Below are positions 25,042-36,823 of a stretch of 52,463 bases of DNA, in pieces. This stretch comes from Halocafeteria seosinensis (taxonomy: Eukaryota): the NCBI GenBank assembly GCA_001687465.1, contig LVLI01000309.1, forward strand, positions 1-52,463, written 5' to 3'. Numbering within the stretch: the stretch's first letter is position 1; each line of letters opens with the position of its first letter. A program made the translations under genes and the position numbers. A model generated the notes under the pieces. That model saw only the letters and a program-made list of their open reading frames with translations, made no database searches and was not told the origin of the DNA.

Positions 25042-27130
25042 TTACTCATCTTGCTCAATCAGAAATTGCTGGACCTGGCTCCGTATTTCGCTCTCTTTCA
25101 GTTTGTGACCGACGCCATTGCTATATTGATCCGCCGTGCCATCATCATCGGCATAGCTAGCCAACAGGTCCTCTCGAACAGACGTAGGAAGGTATGATAG
25201 CTCCCAGAAAGACGCAATATCATCCTGAATAGGGTGGCTTGCAGAAACAGAAGAGCGCTCTTCATCATCCGCTGCGAAATCGTTCAGCATTACTTTACAA
25301 CCATGACAGACAAGTTTCTTGATAGAATCGGAACCTTCATTGTCTTCGTCTACCTCTCCTTCTTTAATTCCTCCACACAAGCTGCATAGGATAGCTCTCT
25401 TATCTGCCTCGATAAATAGACGCTGACAAGGGTACTCATTTCGCCTGTCTTGAGCTGTTAACTGTACCGATTCTATCTTACCCGCCCTTAGCTTTCCGTA
25501 CACGGTACTGACCGCTTTGGTATGTTTCTGTCTAACACCATGACTGATCATTGGAGCACTTGGAGTAGATTCTGGAGCTTCCAGCTTTCCCGCGGTTTTC
25601 ATGACATTATGCACTGTGCCCGGAAATGAGCTCTGTAGCTGCTGAATTAGGGACTCACACGCCTGGGTGAGGGACGACCTTGGTTGCGTTTTCGTCTCAA
25701 AGGAAGGAGTGAAACCAAGCCGCAAATGGTGCCATCTACAGTAGAACAAGCATTCTTTTGGCTCAAATATGTTGAATGGTCGACAAACTATCAGCTCGCC
25801 GTCTTCAGTTACAGTCAGTCCTCCGTCTTTCTTACTATAGCCGTCGCGAGGAGATTCTGCATCCATGCAGCGTCGAAACAATCCCATAACGGCTGCCGAG
25901 TTTTGCACATTCTCAACAAGTCGATCCACATCAGTAGTACTATTGGCGTTCGCAACTATTTTCGAGGTATTCGGTGCATACCTAAAATCCCTTTCACCGA
26001 TTTCTGTGATTAAGCTATAACCACGCCCTTTAACAGTAAGATCCAATACATCGCGAGCTATTGTCAACGAATTGTCACCAAGCAGAAGTTTTCCTATTCC
26101 CAAGGTCCGAGCAGTGGCCCGCAAACATCGGCGAATCAGTCCCTTAAGTACATCGGCTTTAGCGTCCTTACTATTCAACTTATCCATTAAAATATTCAAC
26201 TTCTGCATGGCAACCTGGCGATCAGTACTTTCAGTACTGTTGTTGTTGCACCATTGGGAGCTGCCAATAGTGATCTGCGACAATTCATCCTCGGTTTTCA
26301 AGTAGAAGAATGTAGGCTCTTCCATCCACAAACTCTCAACAGGAACGACCGTCACATTAAAATAAGTTGCGCTTAGAATATCCCTCAAAATCGCTACAAT
26401 TTCAGCTCTTGCTTGCTCAGCTTCAAAGTGTCCCTGCCAAAGAGATGTGATTGAACTTGTGTCGACAAACGTGACGACCGCCTGCACCATATCATATAGA
26501 ACTTAAGAGCGGTCCCATCGGAACCATAAACGTTCATTTTCCCAAACGTACATCCAAAAATAGTTTCCCTTTTCCTTGACGATATGCCGAATTCTGCGCG
26601 AGTTGAACAAGAGCTCTGCAGAGAGAGAACGTACTCTGGTAGGTCAACCCAACCCTCTCAAAGGAACGAAAGTTCTATAACATACCTGGAGGAAGCCCCT
26701 CCGGAGTATCCTATGACAATCCTTTCTCCACTGGTGATATCGGAAGAAAACGTCAGCTGCTTCTTGCCTTTCACTTGCATTGACTCCAAAAAGCAGTCTC
26801 GACAGACGGGTTCTAACCGAATGAAGATTCCTGCCTTTTGTTTCTGCATATATTCATATACAGTGCCGTCGTCACAGTGCTCTTGCTTCTTCGAAATGCA
26901 CGAGTTATCCCATCACCTACCTTGCAGTGCGAACATATGGCTGCTCCTGCCTTATGACGTCGCCCATGGGTTACTTGGTTTCCAGTCTGGCTCCCACTCT
27001 CATGCTCCGTGTCACTTGGTGCCGATGAGTTCCCAGCAAGAATTTCTCGGCGTAGCGTGCTGACATGGGTCGGTCCGGCTTCCTCACCGCCGCCGCAACC
27101 CATTTGATAGCCGTCATCCGCCGGATCCAT
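25042..27130 (-). CDS. CTU2: Cytoplasmic tRNA 2-thiolation protein 2 (Ncs2)
   Basis: CSHCK|...CRDCF, IVIGYSGGASSR, LLLGDNSLTIARDVLDLTVKGRG, CRPF...KECLFY and LQSSFPGTVHNVMKTAGKL, with C-terminal CxxC pairs. Confidence 0.88.
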
Positions 27131-27342
27131 GGTAATCGAGATGAAAAACAGCGTGAAATTTGCTGCTACCTTCGTAAGTTGAGGCCACCTTGCGATTTAC
27201 AAGGAGGCCAAACAATACCTTATTATCTCTTGACTCTTAGGGTTGAGACTAAATAATCAAAAATCAACGAACAGCGGAGGTACGTGAACCATAATGCCAT
27301 GCTGCCTGTGTCAGCTAACTTAAACGTGTCGCAAGTTGAAGT

Positions 27343-28143
27343 ATGATGCACGACTCGTCTGGTTTGCTTCAATCGGATGGGATTGCTCACTTTGAGGTCC
27401 CGCAGAGCTATGCAGATTTCAATTTGTCGCAATTGGATGAAAGAAAGTGGAGGAAGTACCAGCGAAAAAACGAAAGGGTTGTAGATCGAATTCTTGGTAG
27501 GACAAGTTGGTCCGGGTTGCCTTGTGAAGTGAGACAGTATGCTTCGTCACCTTTGCCGTGCATTCTAGAGGGCACCTCAATTTAATAGGGAATTTGATCC
27601 TTTGTATAAGGTGGTGTCCGGATCAGCAGCTTAACTGCTCCATCTTACTCAATTCACTTGCAAAATCGATTCGGGTTTACCGTGGGCGTTGGTGGCCGAG
27701 TCGTCATCGCACGCAGCATCCACATAATTCTCAAGCTCATTGAGAAGCAGACCGTAGTGTTAAACCCCATTGGATCCATCCAAGTCTGCCCCTAGCTCAT
27801 GTTTCCTCCCAACACAGCCCATAAACGCAGACCTACCAAGTGTTGTGGGTTGAAGTTGCAACACCTAACGAATTCGCTGCGCCGGATAGAGAGATTGAGT
27901 CACTATTCGATCACGGAGGTGATTGATGAATGCTTATCCAAAAAACCGAGAACTTGATGTTTCCACACTGTGCCACGGGAAGAAGTCAAAAAGCTTATGC
28001 ACCTGTGGATTCTCTTGTGATCGCGTACGTGCTCTTGAGCAAACACTCGCTCAGCTTGAACGCTCTTCAGACCGGAATACATACTGGACGAGTTCATTAA
28101 AGCTATATCCAGCAACGAAACGGTGTCGATCGTTGAGGTGTGA
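27343..28143 (+). CDS. Possible small hypothetical multi-exon gene or decayed gene
   Basis: Coding-like first segment MMHDSSG...ERKWRKYQRKNERVVDRIL followed by a GTAGG donor. Downstream exon assembly is ambiguous. Confidence 0.3.
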
Positions 28144-28764
28144 ATTGTTTCACTCAACAGCGTAAAAAAACAGAAAACGACTGAAATAAAAAAGTCGCAG
28201 GTCCACAGGCATCAATTTGTGGCGCGCGTGTGGAAGAACGAACAGCCCCCTTCTATAATAAGTGTTCAGGGGCTCTTCGACGCACCCGAGAGTGACGACA
28301 CTCTTTTCAAGGCATTAACACGTGGTGCCTGGTCTTTAACTGGTCTCAGGACGTAAGTATAGAGCATTGGAAAGCCCTCGCTTACGGTTGGATCAGCCAA
28401 GGCACGGCTGTGAATGCAAGAGTGAGACTTGTCGTGTGGCTGGTTGTAAACTTCATGGGATCCGATTTATGCTATCACTTTCATGGAACTCTTCATGTTG
28501 CATATTTTCGTGTTTGTGATGACTCTCAATGCGAAACAAGTAATTGTCAGGGTATAGGAGAGCTGTAGGGGTGTGCCCTATGCTTTTTGGAGTTTTCTCT
28601 TAGAGGAACTACAAGGGGTGATGGCGCCCCCGGTATTTTTTGTCATTTTGTGGGACTTCGCCTTTATTGTACTTTTCACAGAAACCAGTAAACGAAGAAT
28701 CGTGTTTGGCTTCTCTTACGCAGGCTCGTCTAAGTTAAGGAATTCGAATTCTGGATATTTTACA

Positions 28765-30217
28765 ATGAGTGCGCATGATGGTGGACACATTAAGACCGTC
28801 AGTGGTCAAATTGTGTGCCCCGTGCATCTCCTCGATAACTCTATGAAGACGTTGCTAATAGATCCAACTGCCACGGTTCAAGACGTCTCTCTCCAAATGG
28901 CGGAGAAGTTGAATTTCATAGATCCGGCAGACGATTCTTTGTGCTTCTCGCTCCATGAATGTCGCGATGGAGTTACCAGTAAGTGTAACACGGTGTTTGT
29001 GTGTGTTGCACGGTTGAGGAAACATATCTTGAGTGGATCCGTCCACAGTTGAACGCGCATTGAAGGGAGACCGTGAAGTTGTCCCCATAATGCAGGCATG
29101 GGGAGATGATCATCCTGATGCCAAACTAGTATATCAAGTGAAGCTTTTTACTGAATCCATCATTCATAGCGAGGACCCGAAGATTATTTATATGCTGTTC
29201 ATTCAAGCGGTATATAACATAATAACAGGAACTTACCCGTGCAATGAGACGGACGCTATTCAATTGGCAGCTTTACAGTTTCAAGCGAAATTTGGACCGC
29301 ACAATCCCCAAACGTAAGTATCGCGGTATCTGTCGTTTTTGTTCCGATCAAAAGGCGAATGAATTTCGTCTTGTCGCAGCCATCGTCCCGGTTTCTTGAC
29401 CAATACGATCGTAGAATATGTTCCTGGACCTCACTTGGCACAGGATAAATATACAGTGGAAGAATGGGAGCGCATGATTTTTCAAAAGCACTCGATCTTA
29501 ATGACAGAAAAGCCAATGTCAGCATACCTAGCTGTCGTGTCGAAGCGCGACTACTACGGAGCAGTTCTATTCGCGGTGAAGCAGAAATTCGACCGAAGTT
29601 TACCCAAAAAGATATTCATGGGTATCTCAAGACGTGGAATCATGCTGTTGCGGATTCCGAAGAGCTTCACGGACTCGGCGTCAATGGAAACTTTATCTCG
29701 CTTCGAGTTGTCGACAATCTACCGGTGGGCGTATAAGCCCAACGTCAACTTCTACTTCGAAGTGAAAGAGGATGATAATGAGGAGAATTCGGTGTACACG
29801 TTTGAAACGACGGAAGGACAGCACATGTCAGATTTGCTGACGGATTATGCCTTAGCACTGCTCCGAGAAATGGGATTAAACGCTGACGGGACACCAAGAC
29901 CGAAGAAGCGACCAGCTAAATTGGCTGACCGCGAAAAACAGGAGGAGGACGAAGACCAGGGTGGCTATGACGAAGAACAGTACGAAGAGGTACAGCGAGA
30001 CGCTGACATAATGGGAGATGCTGCGGCAAGATCAGGGGAAAATGCTTTCGACATGCAAGAAGAGAGAGAGCCGTTAACGGAAAATTCTGCCTTTGACGAT
30101 GAGTTTGGAAATCCGTTGCCCCTTAACTGGACAAGAGAGTACGACGACGGTTCAGGCAACTATTATTACTTTAACAGCGTTACAGGAGATAGTCAATGGG
30201 AAACACCGGTGCAATAG
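28765..30217 (+). CDS. FERM-domain protein with a C-terminal WW domain (3 exons)
   Basis: F1: VHLLDNSMKTLLIDPTATVQDV. F2: LFIQAVYNIITGTYPCNETDAIQLAALQFQAKFG. F3: YYGAVLFAV...MGISRRGI...FETTEGQHMSDLLTDYA. WW: LPLNWTREYDDGSGNYYYFNSVTGDSQWETP. Confidence 0.88.
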
Positions 30218-30264
30218 ATAGCAGCACGGGAAGAAAGCAAGGAAGAGCGTTGACATGTGTCCAT

Positions 30265-32184
30265 TTACTTCTTGGTACCCATACCTTGCATACCCCTCTT
30301 ATAGTCGTTCAACAACTGCTTTTCAGGGTTTATGCTTCTGATTTGTGCTAGATACTTGTCATCTACTCCCATTTGTTCCAGTTCTTCAATTTTACGCTGC
30401 TTGATGGTCTCCAAATGATTGAGCCGTTCTCTCCTTTCCCGTCCATTCTTTTCAGCCTCCTCTCTTTGCTTTTTCCGAGCTTCTTCGTGGTGCTTCTCTT
30501 GTTGCTTAATTGTAGCCAGCAGTTCGTCTCTATGTTTCAGGTTCTCCCGTCTCTTCTTCTCTTCTGCGGATATTTCTTGATCCATCCACTCTTTACGAAT
30601 CTGGTTGTTGCGTTCAAACTCATCTTTCTCATTCTGGATTTCGAGTGCTCGAAGTAGCTCCTTCTCCTCCAGCTGCTGCTCCCGGACTCTGTTGATCTCG
30701 TCCATGAGTTCTTTCTTCTTCCGTGCTCTCTCCATTTCGCGTTTCCGCTCCTGAAACCATTACAAGAGACATCAATAAATTGATTGCCTGTCGTTACAGT
30801 ATCTCCGACTACGACTTACGGCTCTCTTTCCCTCTTCGTAGGCGCGCTTTGCGCGAAGTTCATCCATAGCCGCTCGATTATCCATTTGCTTCTGCTGTCG
30901 TGATCGAAGTTTCGCGAACTCGTACTCACGGAGGGCCTGTTGTCTCTCTTTCTCTGCTTCTTCTTCCCTGTAAATAGATATTAAACAACAAATACCAATG
31001 TGGACCATGGTGTCAGCACATGCTCCCATTTTATCGGAATGGACGTACGCTTGTTTCCTGGCCATTTCCTGTTGGTATTCGTGCAGTCTCCTATCCTCTT
31101 CGATTTCCTTTTGTTTGGCTTCCTTCTTAGCTCGGATAGCCTCCTCATTGGCCTTGGCGACTTCTTCGCGCATCTTTGCCTTTTCTTCTGCTTCTTGCTG
31201 TTGTTTTCGTTTCTCCTCCTCTTGCTGCTTTTCTAACTGTTTCAACATTTCCTCCCCTTCCTTCCTCTTTTTCTCCTCCTGTTCTTCCCGTAGACGCTCA
31301 CGCTCTTTCAGCTGGTCTTCAATTTTCTGCCGAGCTTCATCTTGTCTCTGACGCATCTCTTGTTCCCGGTCTTTCATTTCCTTGACCTTCTGCAGTCGAT
31401 GTATCTCGGATTCGAGATCCTTCATTTTATGGTATTTCTTCTCCTTTTCTTTTTCTTTTTCCTTTTCCTCCAGTTGCTGTTGTCTTATCATAGCTGTCTT
31501 GGCGTATTGTTGTATACTGTTCATCTGTTTGACCTCGTCGTACTCTTCATCGCGAAGCTCTTCCGCATTTTGTTTAATCTGTTGCTTGTACTCTTGTTCT
31601 TCGCGCTCTAATTGTGTGGGTGGAATCGCAGCTTTTCTTGCAGCCTCTAAGCTTTTCATTCGTTGCTGCAAAACACACGAATAGAGTAGTACCCTGGAAG
31701 ATTACTAACGACATGGGATCACAACGTTAGCCTACCTTTCTCTCCTCTGCTCTCCTTTGACGCTCTTGTCGACGGCGACGCTCTTCTTCCTCCTCTTGAG
31801 TGTCACGTTTTTCTGTTTCCGTACGACTCTGTATTCTCCACGCAAAAACTACTTACTAAAACTGAAGTAAGAAAACGCTGGATGCCGCAGAAACTACGGA
31901 CCTTTAGTTTCTTCAGTTCTGAGCTACTCAGAGTGACCACATTGGACTTCTTGCCTTTCGGCTTCCCAACTGCCGACTGCCCTGTTTTCCGTAAGGTTCC
32001 ACTTTGTTGCTGAACAGTGTTTGCAGAGGAAAGAAATGCACGTATAGAACGATCCGACAGCCCAACAGCATGAGACCAGTCCGTCACTTACGTTGAACAG
32101 AGAATCATCCACTTCCGAATGCCTCGATGTCGTCCGATATTGTCCTCCATTGCGCCTCCCGGATGCAGACGAAGCTGATGCCAT
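30265..32184 (-). CDS. CFAP45: Cilia- and flagella-associated protein 45 (CCDC19; TPH coiled-coil)
   Basis: N-terminal YRTTSRHSEVDDSLF; DEEYDEVKQMNSIQQYAKTAMIRQQQLEEK; KLRSRQQKQMDNRAAMDELRAKRAYEE; C-terminal IKQRKIEELEQMGVDDKY. All follow the CFAP45 pattern. Confidence 0.85.
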
Positions 32185-32697
32185 TATACGCGGTGCAACG
32201 TGTGCGCGTGTCTCTATGTGCAACTTGCTTAACTAGGACTAGTCGTTTGTTTGCACAATCCACACACTGTCGTCGGTCTCTTCAATTAAATTAACTACTC
32301 GCCAATGCATTCATTCCCTGCACCACACGTGCTCATCTAGGAAGCTAACCACAATAGAGGAACTATAGTAGCATCTAGTCGTATCAAATGTCGTTGTAGA
32401 AACTGTAGTGTGCTGGGGCGCGCCAAAACGGGTCCCTGCGACTGAGCGTTTGGGATCGCATGAATCCACGGCTTGTGAAGATGGGATATACGAGGTTCTT
32501 ATCAAGGCAAAGTGACATTTTATAAGAGTGTTGACCAGTCAGATATATTCAATCCAATAATGCGCACTGAGACGTGCATGTGCCCGAGAGACTGACTGAG
32601 TATAGACTGCTTGTGTCATCGATTCCAACAGGAAGTCCTTGTTGGGCTCGTTTCTCACTAATTTAAGCAAGGACAAAGCCCGGACCCAAGAGTGACA
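32185..32697. promoter_or_regulatory. Putative shared bidirectional promoter between CFAP45 and CFAP52
   Basis: 513-bp gap between the divergent start codons; contains no convincing gene. Confidence 0.55.
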
Positions 32698-35276
32698 ATG
32701 AGCTCCTCATTCACCGAACCGCAAGATGAAGGAGCCATCGAAGCTGCGTCTCGATTGGCCGAAATTAAGCCTAAAAGGCTCTCTTTAGAGTCCGTTATAG
32801 GATTCAATGGTGCGTATTTTGGGCTCACCGCGCTAGTTTTTCCAATTCAGACGTATCCACTAGGCGCCCAGCTGTGTATTCACTCCCATTGATGGGAACT
32901 TGATTCCTGAGGAATTGGTATAGCGATGGGATGCTGGAGGTTTGTGGGGACGACCGTTAGGCTCTTGGCCGGGTTAGCACCAAGGGGAAGATACGAGGGA
33001 ACAAAAAAGGTGCATCTTGGGTGGTGACCTGAATTCAATTTGCTCGAGTTGTGCGCTGATGGTGATAGAACTGTTCCCCGATAAAATCTAGGAGACTTAC
33101 TTGGTTCACGTGCTTGCTTCCTTTTGCTGTCACCGTACGCATGCAGGACGCATTCCTCGGGGCCTTGTACAGCACCCGGATGGAGTACATATCATATACC
33201 CGCTGGGAACTACAGTAGTGGTGAAAAACACCATAGAAAACACACAGATCTTTCTTCAAGGGCATACGGAAAGTGTAGAATGTCTGGCAGTATCGGACGA
33301 TGGAAAAATGGTCGCTTCCGGTCAGGCAGCCTCAGTGGGGTTTAAGGTAGGTGTTAAATGTAACGCGGGTTCCGAGTCTTGTTTATATTGAAACATTGTT
33401 CACTGATTGCAGTCTCCTGTGATAGTTTGGGACTTGGAAGGTGCCTTTGCGAGTGCCCAAGAGCAGCCCGAAACAGATGAAGATGTTGAAGAAGACCACT
33501 CGTCCAAATTTATCCTTTATACGCTGTTGCTCCACAAGGGTGGAATACAAGCCGTTGATTTCTCTCCCTGTAATAGTTACTTGGCCAGTCTTGGAGGCCG
33601 AAACGATAATAGTCTTGTGATTTGGGACCTTACTGATGGTCAAGCAGTTTGTGGCTCTCCCGCCGGTAGTCATCAAGCATACACTGTTCAGTGGGGTCGA
33701 ACGCGCAGTGACATGCTCATGACCGCTGGACAGTACAATATTCGTCGCTGGGAATTCTCACATGAACGACGACGAGTACGTATTCAATTGAGCACGACTC
33801 CTCTCTTTTTCAGCGCACGGCATCATCGAAGACCTTATGCCGTTTATGATTACAGGTCACTCCTACAGATATGCAAGTGGGGGCAATCAAGCGTATCGTA
33901 AACTGCATCGTGATAGATGATACAGATACCCTTGCTTGGTGCGGAACTCACTCTGGAGACTTGCTAGAAATCAACATTGTCAACGGTCGTTTCGTTCGAG
34001 CCAGCAAAAACCGGTTCAGCCAGGGGATAGTTAGCCTTGCCTTCGTCCCCTCCAGTTCCCACGATATCATTATCTGCGGGAACGGAGATGGGTCGCTCGT
34101 TTCCCTCAGTACGAAAGCGCTACAAGTTGTTAAGTACGTTACCAACGAGCTTGTTGAACGTTTCATGTACAGTATGTGCATACTCCTCTGCTGATCAATT
34201 TTTGCAGAGCCGTCCAACTTCTCGGTCGTGTAACCTCTATCGCACTGGACGAATCGCGCGTGGAAGCCTTAATTGGTACTTCTGATGGCAACCGTTACCT
34301 GATGAACGTAGACGATTTCGCCCCAGAGCTGCGTGGAACCGCTCATGAGGAACCAATAAATGACATTGCGTTCCCTCCACATTCCTCGGAGCTTTTCGTC
34401 ACATGCGCGGGTACTGATGTGAGACTGTGGAACAGTGACAAAAGAACGGAGCTATTAAGGATCCAAGTCCCAAATCTCGTATGCCACTGCTGTACGATCT
34501 TGGAAAACGGTTCTGCTATTATCACAGGTTGGGATGATGGTAAAATACGTGCATTTACTCCCGAGTCTGGAAAATTGTTATTTTGTATAACCGATGCACA
34601 CATTGAGTGCGTTACCGCTTTGAGTGCGACACATGGCTGCGACCGGATACTGTCGGGTGGAAAAGACGGACGCGTCAGAGTATGGAAGATATCTGGACCT
34701 ACTCAGACTATGGAAATGACGTTTAAAGAGCATAAGCGGGCTGTAACTAACATAGCCGTTTCAGAAGGCGATGATGAGTTCATTAGTTCCTCCGAAGATG
34801 GATCCTGTATCATTTGGAATTTAAAACGCGGAATCAGAGCGAACGCGATTTTCGCATCTACCATGTTCCGTTCTGCCCTTTACCACCCAGACGAAAGCCA
34901 GCTTCTCACAGCAGGTTCTGATCGCAAGCTTAGCTACTGGGATACAACTGACTGTTCAGCCATCAGAGTAATCGATGGTTCCACTGAGGAAATCATGGCC
35001 ATTGATATAGGGCGTGACGGGACACTATTTACCTCTGGAGGGCATGACACATTGGTCAGATTATGGTTATACGAGGAGGGAATCAATGTTGCCGTGGGTA
35101 GAGGGCATTCCAAATACATTTCAAGGCTGAAGATCAGTCCTGATCAACGACGCATTGTGTCTGTCGGCGCTGAAGGAGGCATTTTTATGTGGGAAATGCC
35201 AGACAAGGAAAAAGTCAGTCTTGAAAACATGGGTGTAAACCTTGATGCTATGGGGGTTGCGACGAATACGCAATGA
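32698..35276 (+). CDS. CFAP52: Cilia- and flagella-associated protein 52 (WDR16), WD40 repeats
   Basis: LSLESVIGFNG|RIPRGLVQHPDGVHIIYPLGTTVVV, FLQGH...ASGQ, ELLRIQVPNLVC, GWDDGKIRAFTPESGKLL, YHPDESQLLTAGSDRKLSYW and GRGHS...ISPDQRRIVSVGAEGGIFMW. Confidence 0.93.
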
Positions 35277-35701
35277 AGAGGCAACACAAGCCTACTGCTC
35301 TATAGAAAGTACACCGATAATAAACAAGATGCACTTGTCATGGTGGTTCTGGTTTTATAGACTGAACCTAGCATAAGAACCCATGTTGTACGGTAAGCAA
35401 GTACTGTCTCCCCACGGCTACCAGTCGTCACGCTCAGCACAAACATTCATGGGATCATCGTGATACACGTCTGCGAGTGTACATTTTGGCTGCATTGATT
35501 TACGTTGATTTCACATTCACCAAACGTAAATCAATAGAACTGTTGCGCTTCACTAGACGGAAACTGATCCGGACAGAGCTGGAAAGGATACTGATTACAC
35601 GTACTGATCAGAGGACATGCATTATGCAGTAACACGTCACAACGAGCAGACAGCTCAGCCTTCAATAGCAGCTGCTACGACTACCACTCCTTCATCATCT
35701 A

Positions 35702-36372
35702 CTACTGTCCTGTAGAAAGCCCAGCTTCCGAAAGTTTTTTCTGCAACTCTCCGTCTTGGTAGGCACTGAAGGTTTCATCAGCGCCTCCTAGGAGATTACC
35801 AGTAATGTAAACCTGAGGTACAGTCCTCTGACCAAACTTGTCCATCAGTTGTTGCTGTAGAGTCATGCCCATGTCTGCATCGCATGTGTCGCAACGAACC
35901 CTTCAAGTGCACAATTCTCCACCACCAGCGCAGCGCGGCACTTACTACCCATGTTATCTAATTCGATCAAGGAGTATGGAGTCTTTATACTTCCCAGGAG
36001 TTGCTTAACTTTGGAACAGAACCTGAAACCCCGAAATCCAAGCCACGCGTCTCTCACCATGTAATTTTCTTCCTTTTAAAACAGCACTTACGGGCACGTT
36101 GACTTGCTGACAATGACGAGTGGGTTGGACTGTATATAATCGATAGCTTCCGTCTCTGATGAGAATTGATTCGTCACATCCTGATGTTCCTGAAGAATCG
36201 GTGCCGTTTGATGGTACCCTTTCCCCACTCCCAACGGAGGTGCTACTACGAAGCTAGTGATGGCACTTTTAAGGCCGGCAGGATTCCTCCTGAATCCTGT
36301 AGAAAGGGCTCTCTGAGCCTGTATACACCTCCCCGTGGATGCCCTGGAGGCACGCACGACGACTCTGTTCAT
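35702..36372 (-). CDS. Dithiol glutaredoxin (CPFC) with a mitochondrial-type presequence
   Basis: Arg/Ser-rich N-terminus; IVSKSTCP|FCSKVK, with the active site split by an intron; GQRTVPQVYITGNLLGGAD. Stop at 35702-35704. Confidence 0.9.
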
Positions 36373-36823
36373 TCTCAATCTATCCTAAACGATTGCTATT
36401 ACTACCAAATCCGTTTGCCAATTATCCGCCACACACTTTATAAAACATCTATATCAGGATTAGGTATTGGCTGTATTTAAAAAAGGCGTCATTGAACAAA
36501 GTAACTCAGGCTCAATGACTCAGACATAGAGAGAACAAACAAATGTTTCACCCACCATACAATACAATGGCATGTGCTCCCATGTTTGTGTAATATATGA
36601 GCTCATGGAACACGATAGTGTAACGTGTCAAAGCAGGAATGGGGATAGTGATCGCTTGATGTAGAGAATTAGTTGTACTGGCAGTAAAAATCGTCGGGCG
36701 CGGTTTTCTCAGCCACAGCGCATTCTACAGTGTCCCTCCATAGAACCTCCCACGAGGACATTTGGCCCCTTTCATCGGTATTGAGCGTTAGTTGGGTGTG
36801 TGCCGCAGAGAGCCAGAACCAGC

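Noticed and set aside
28018..28020. In-frame TGA as possible selenocysteine
   Set aside because: No recognisable selenoprotein context or SECIS, and the reading frame itself is uncertain.
30373..31684. Ser/Phe/Cys/Leu-rich plus-strand ORFs (similar ones at 1999-2436, 14532-14777 and 48212-48436)
   Set aside because: Antisense shadows of Glu/Lys/Asp-rich coding sequence.
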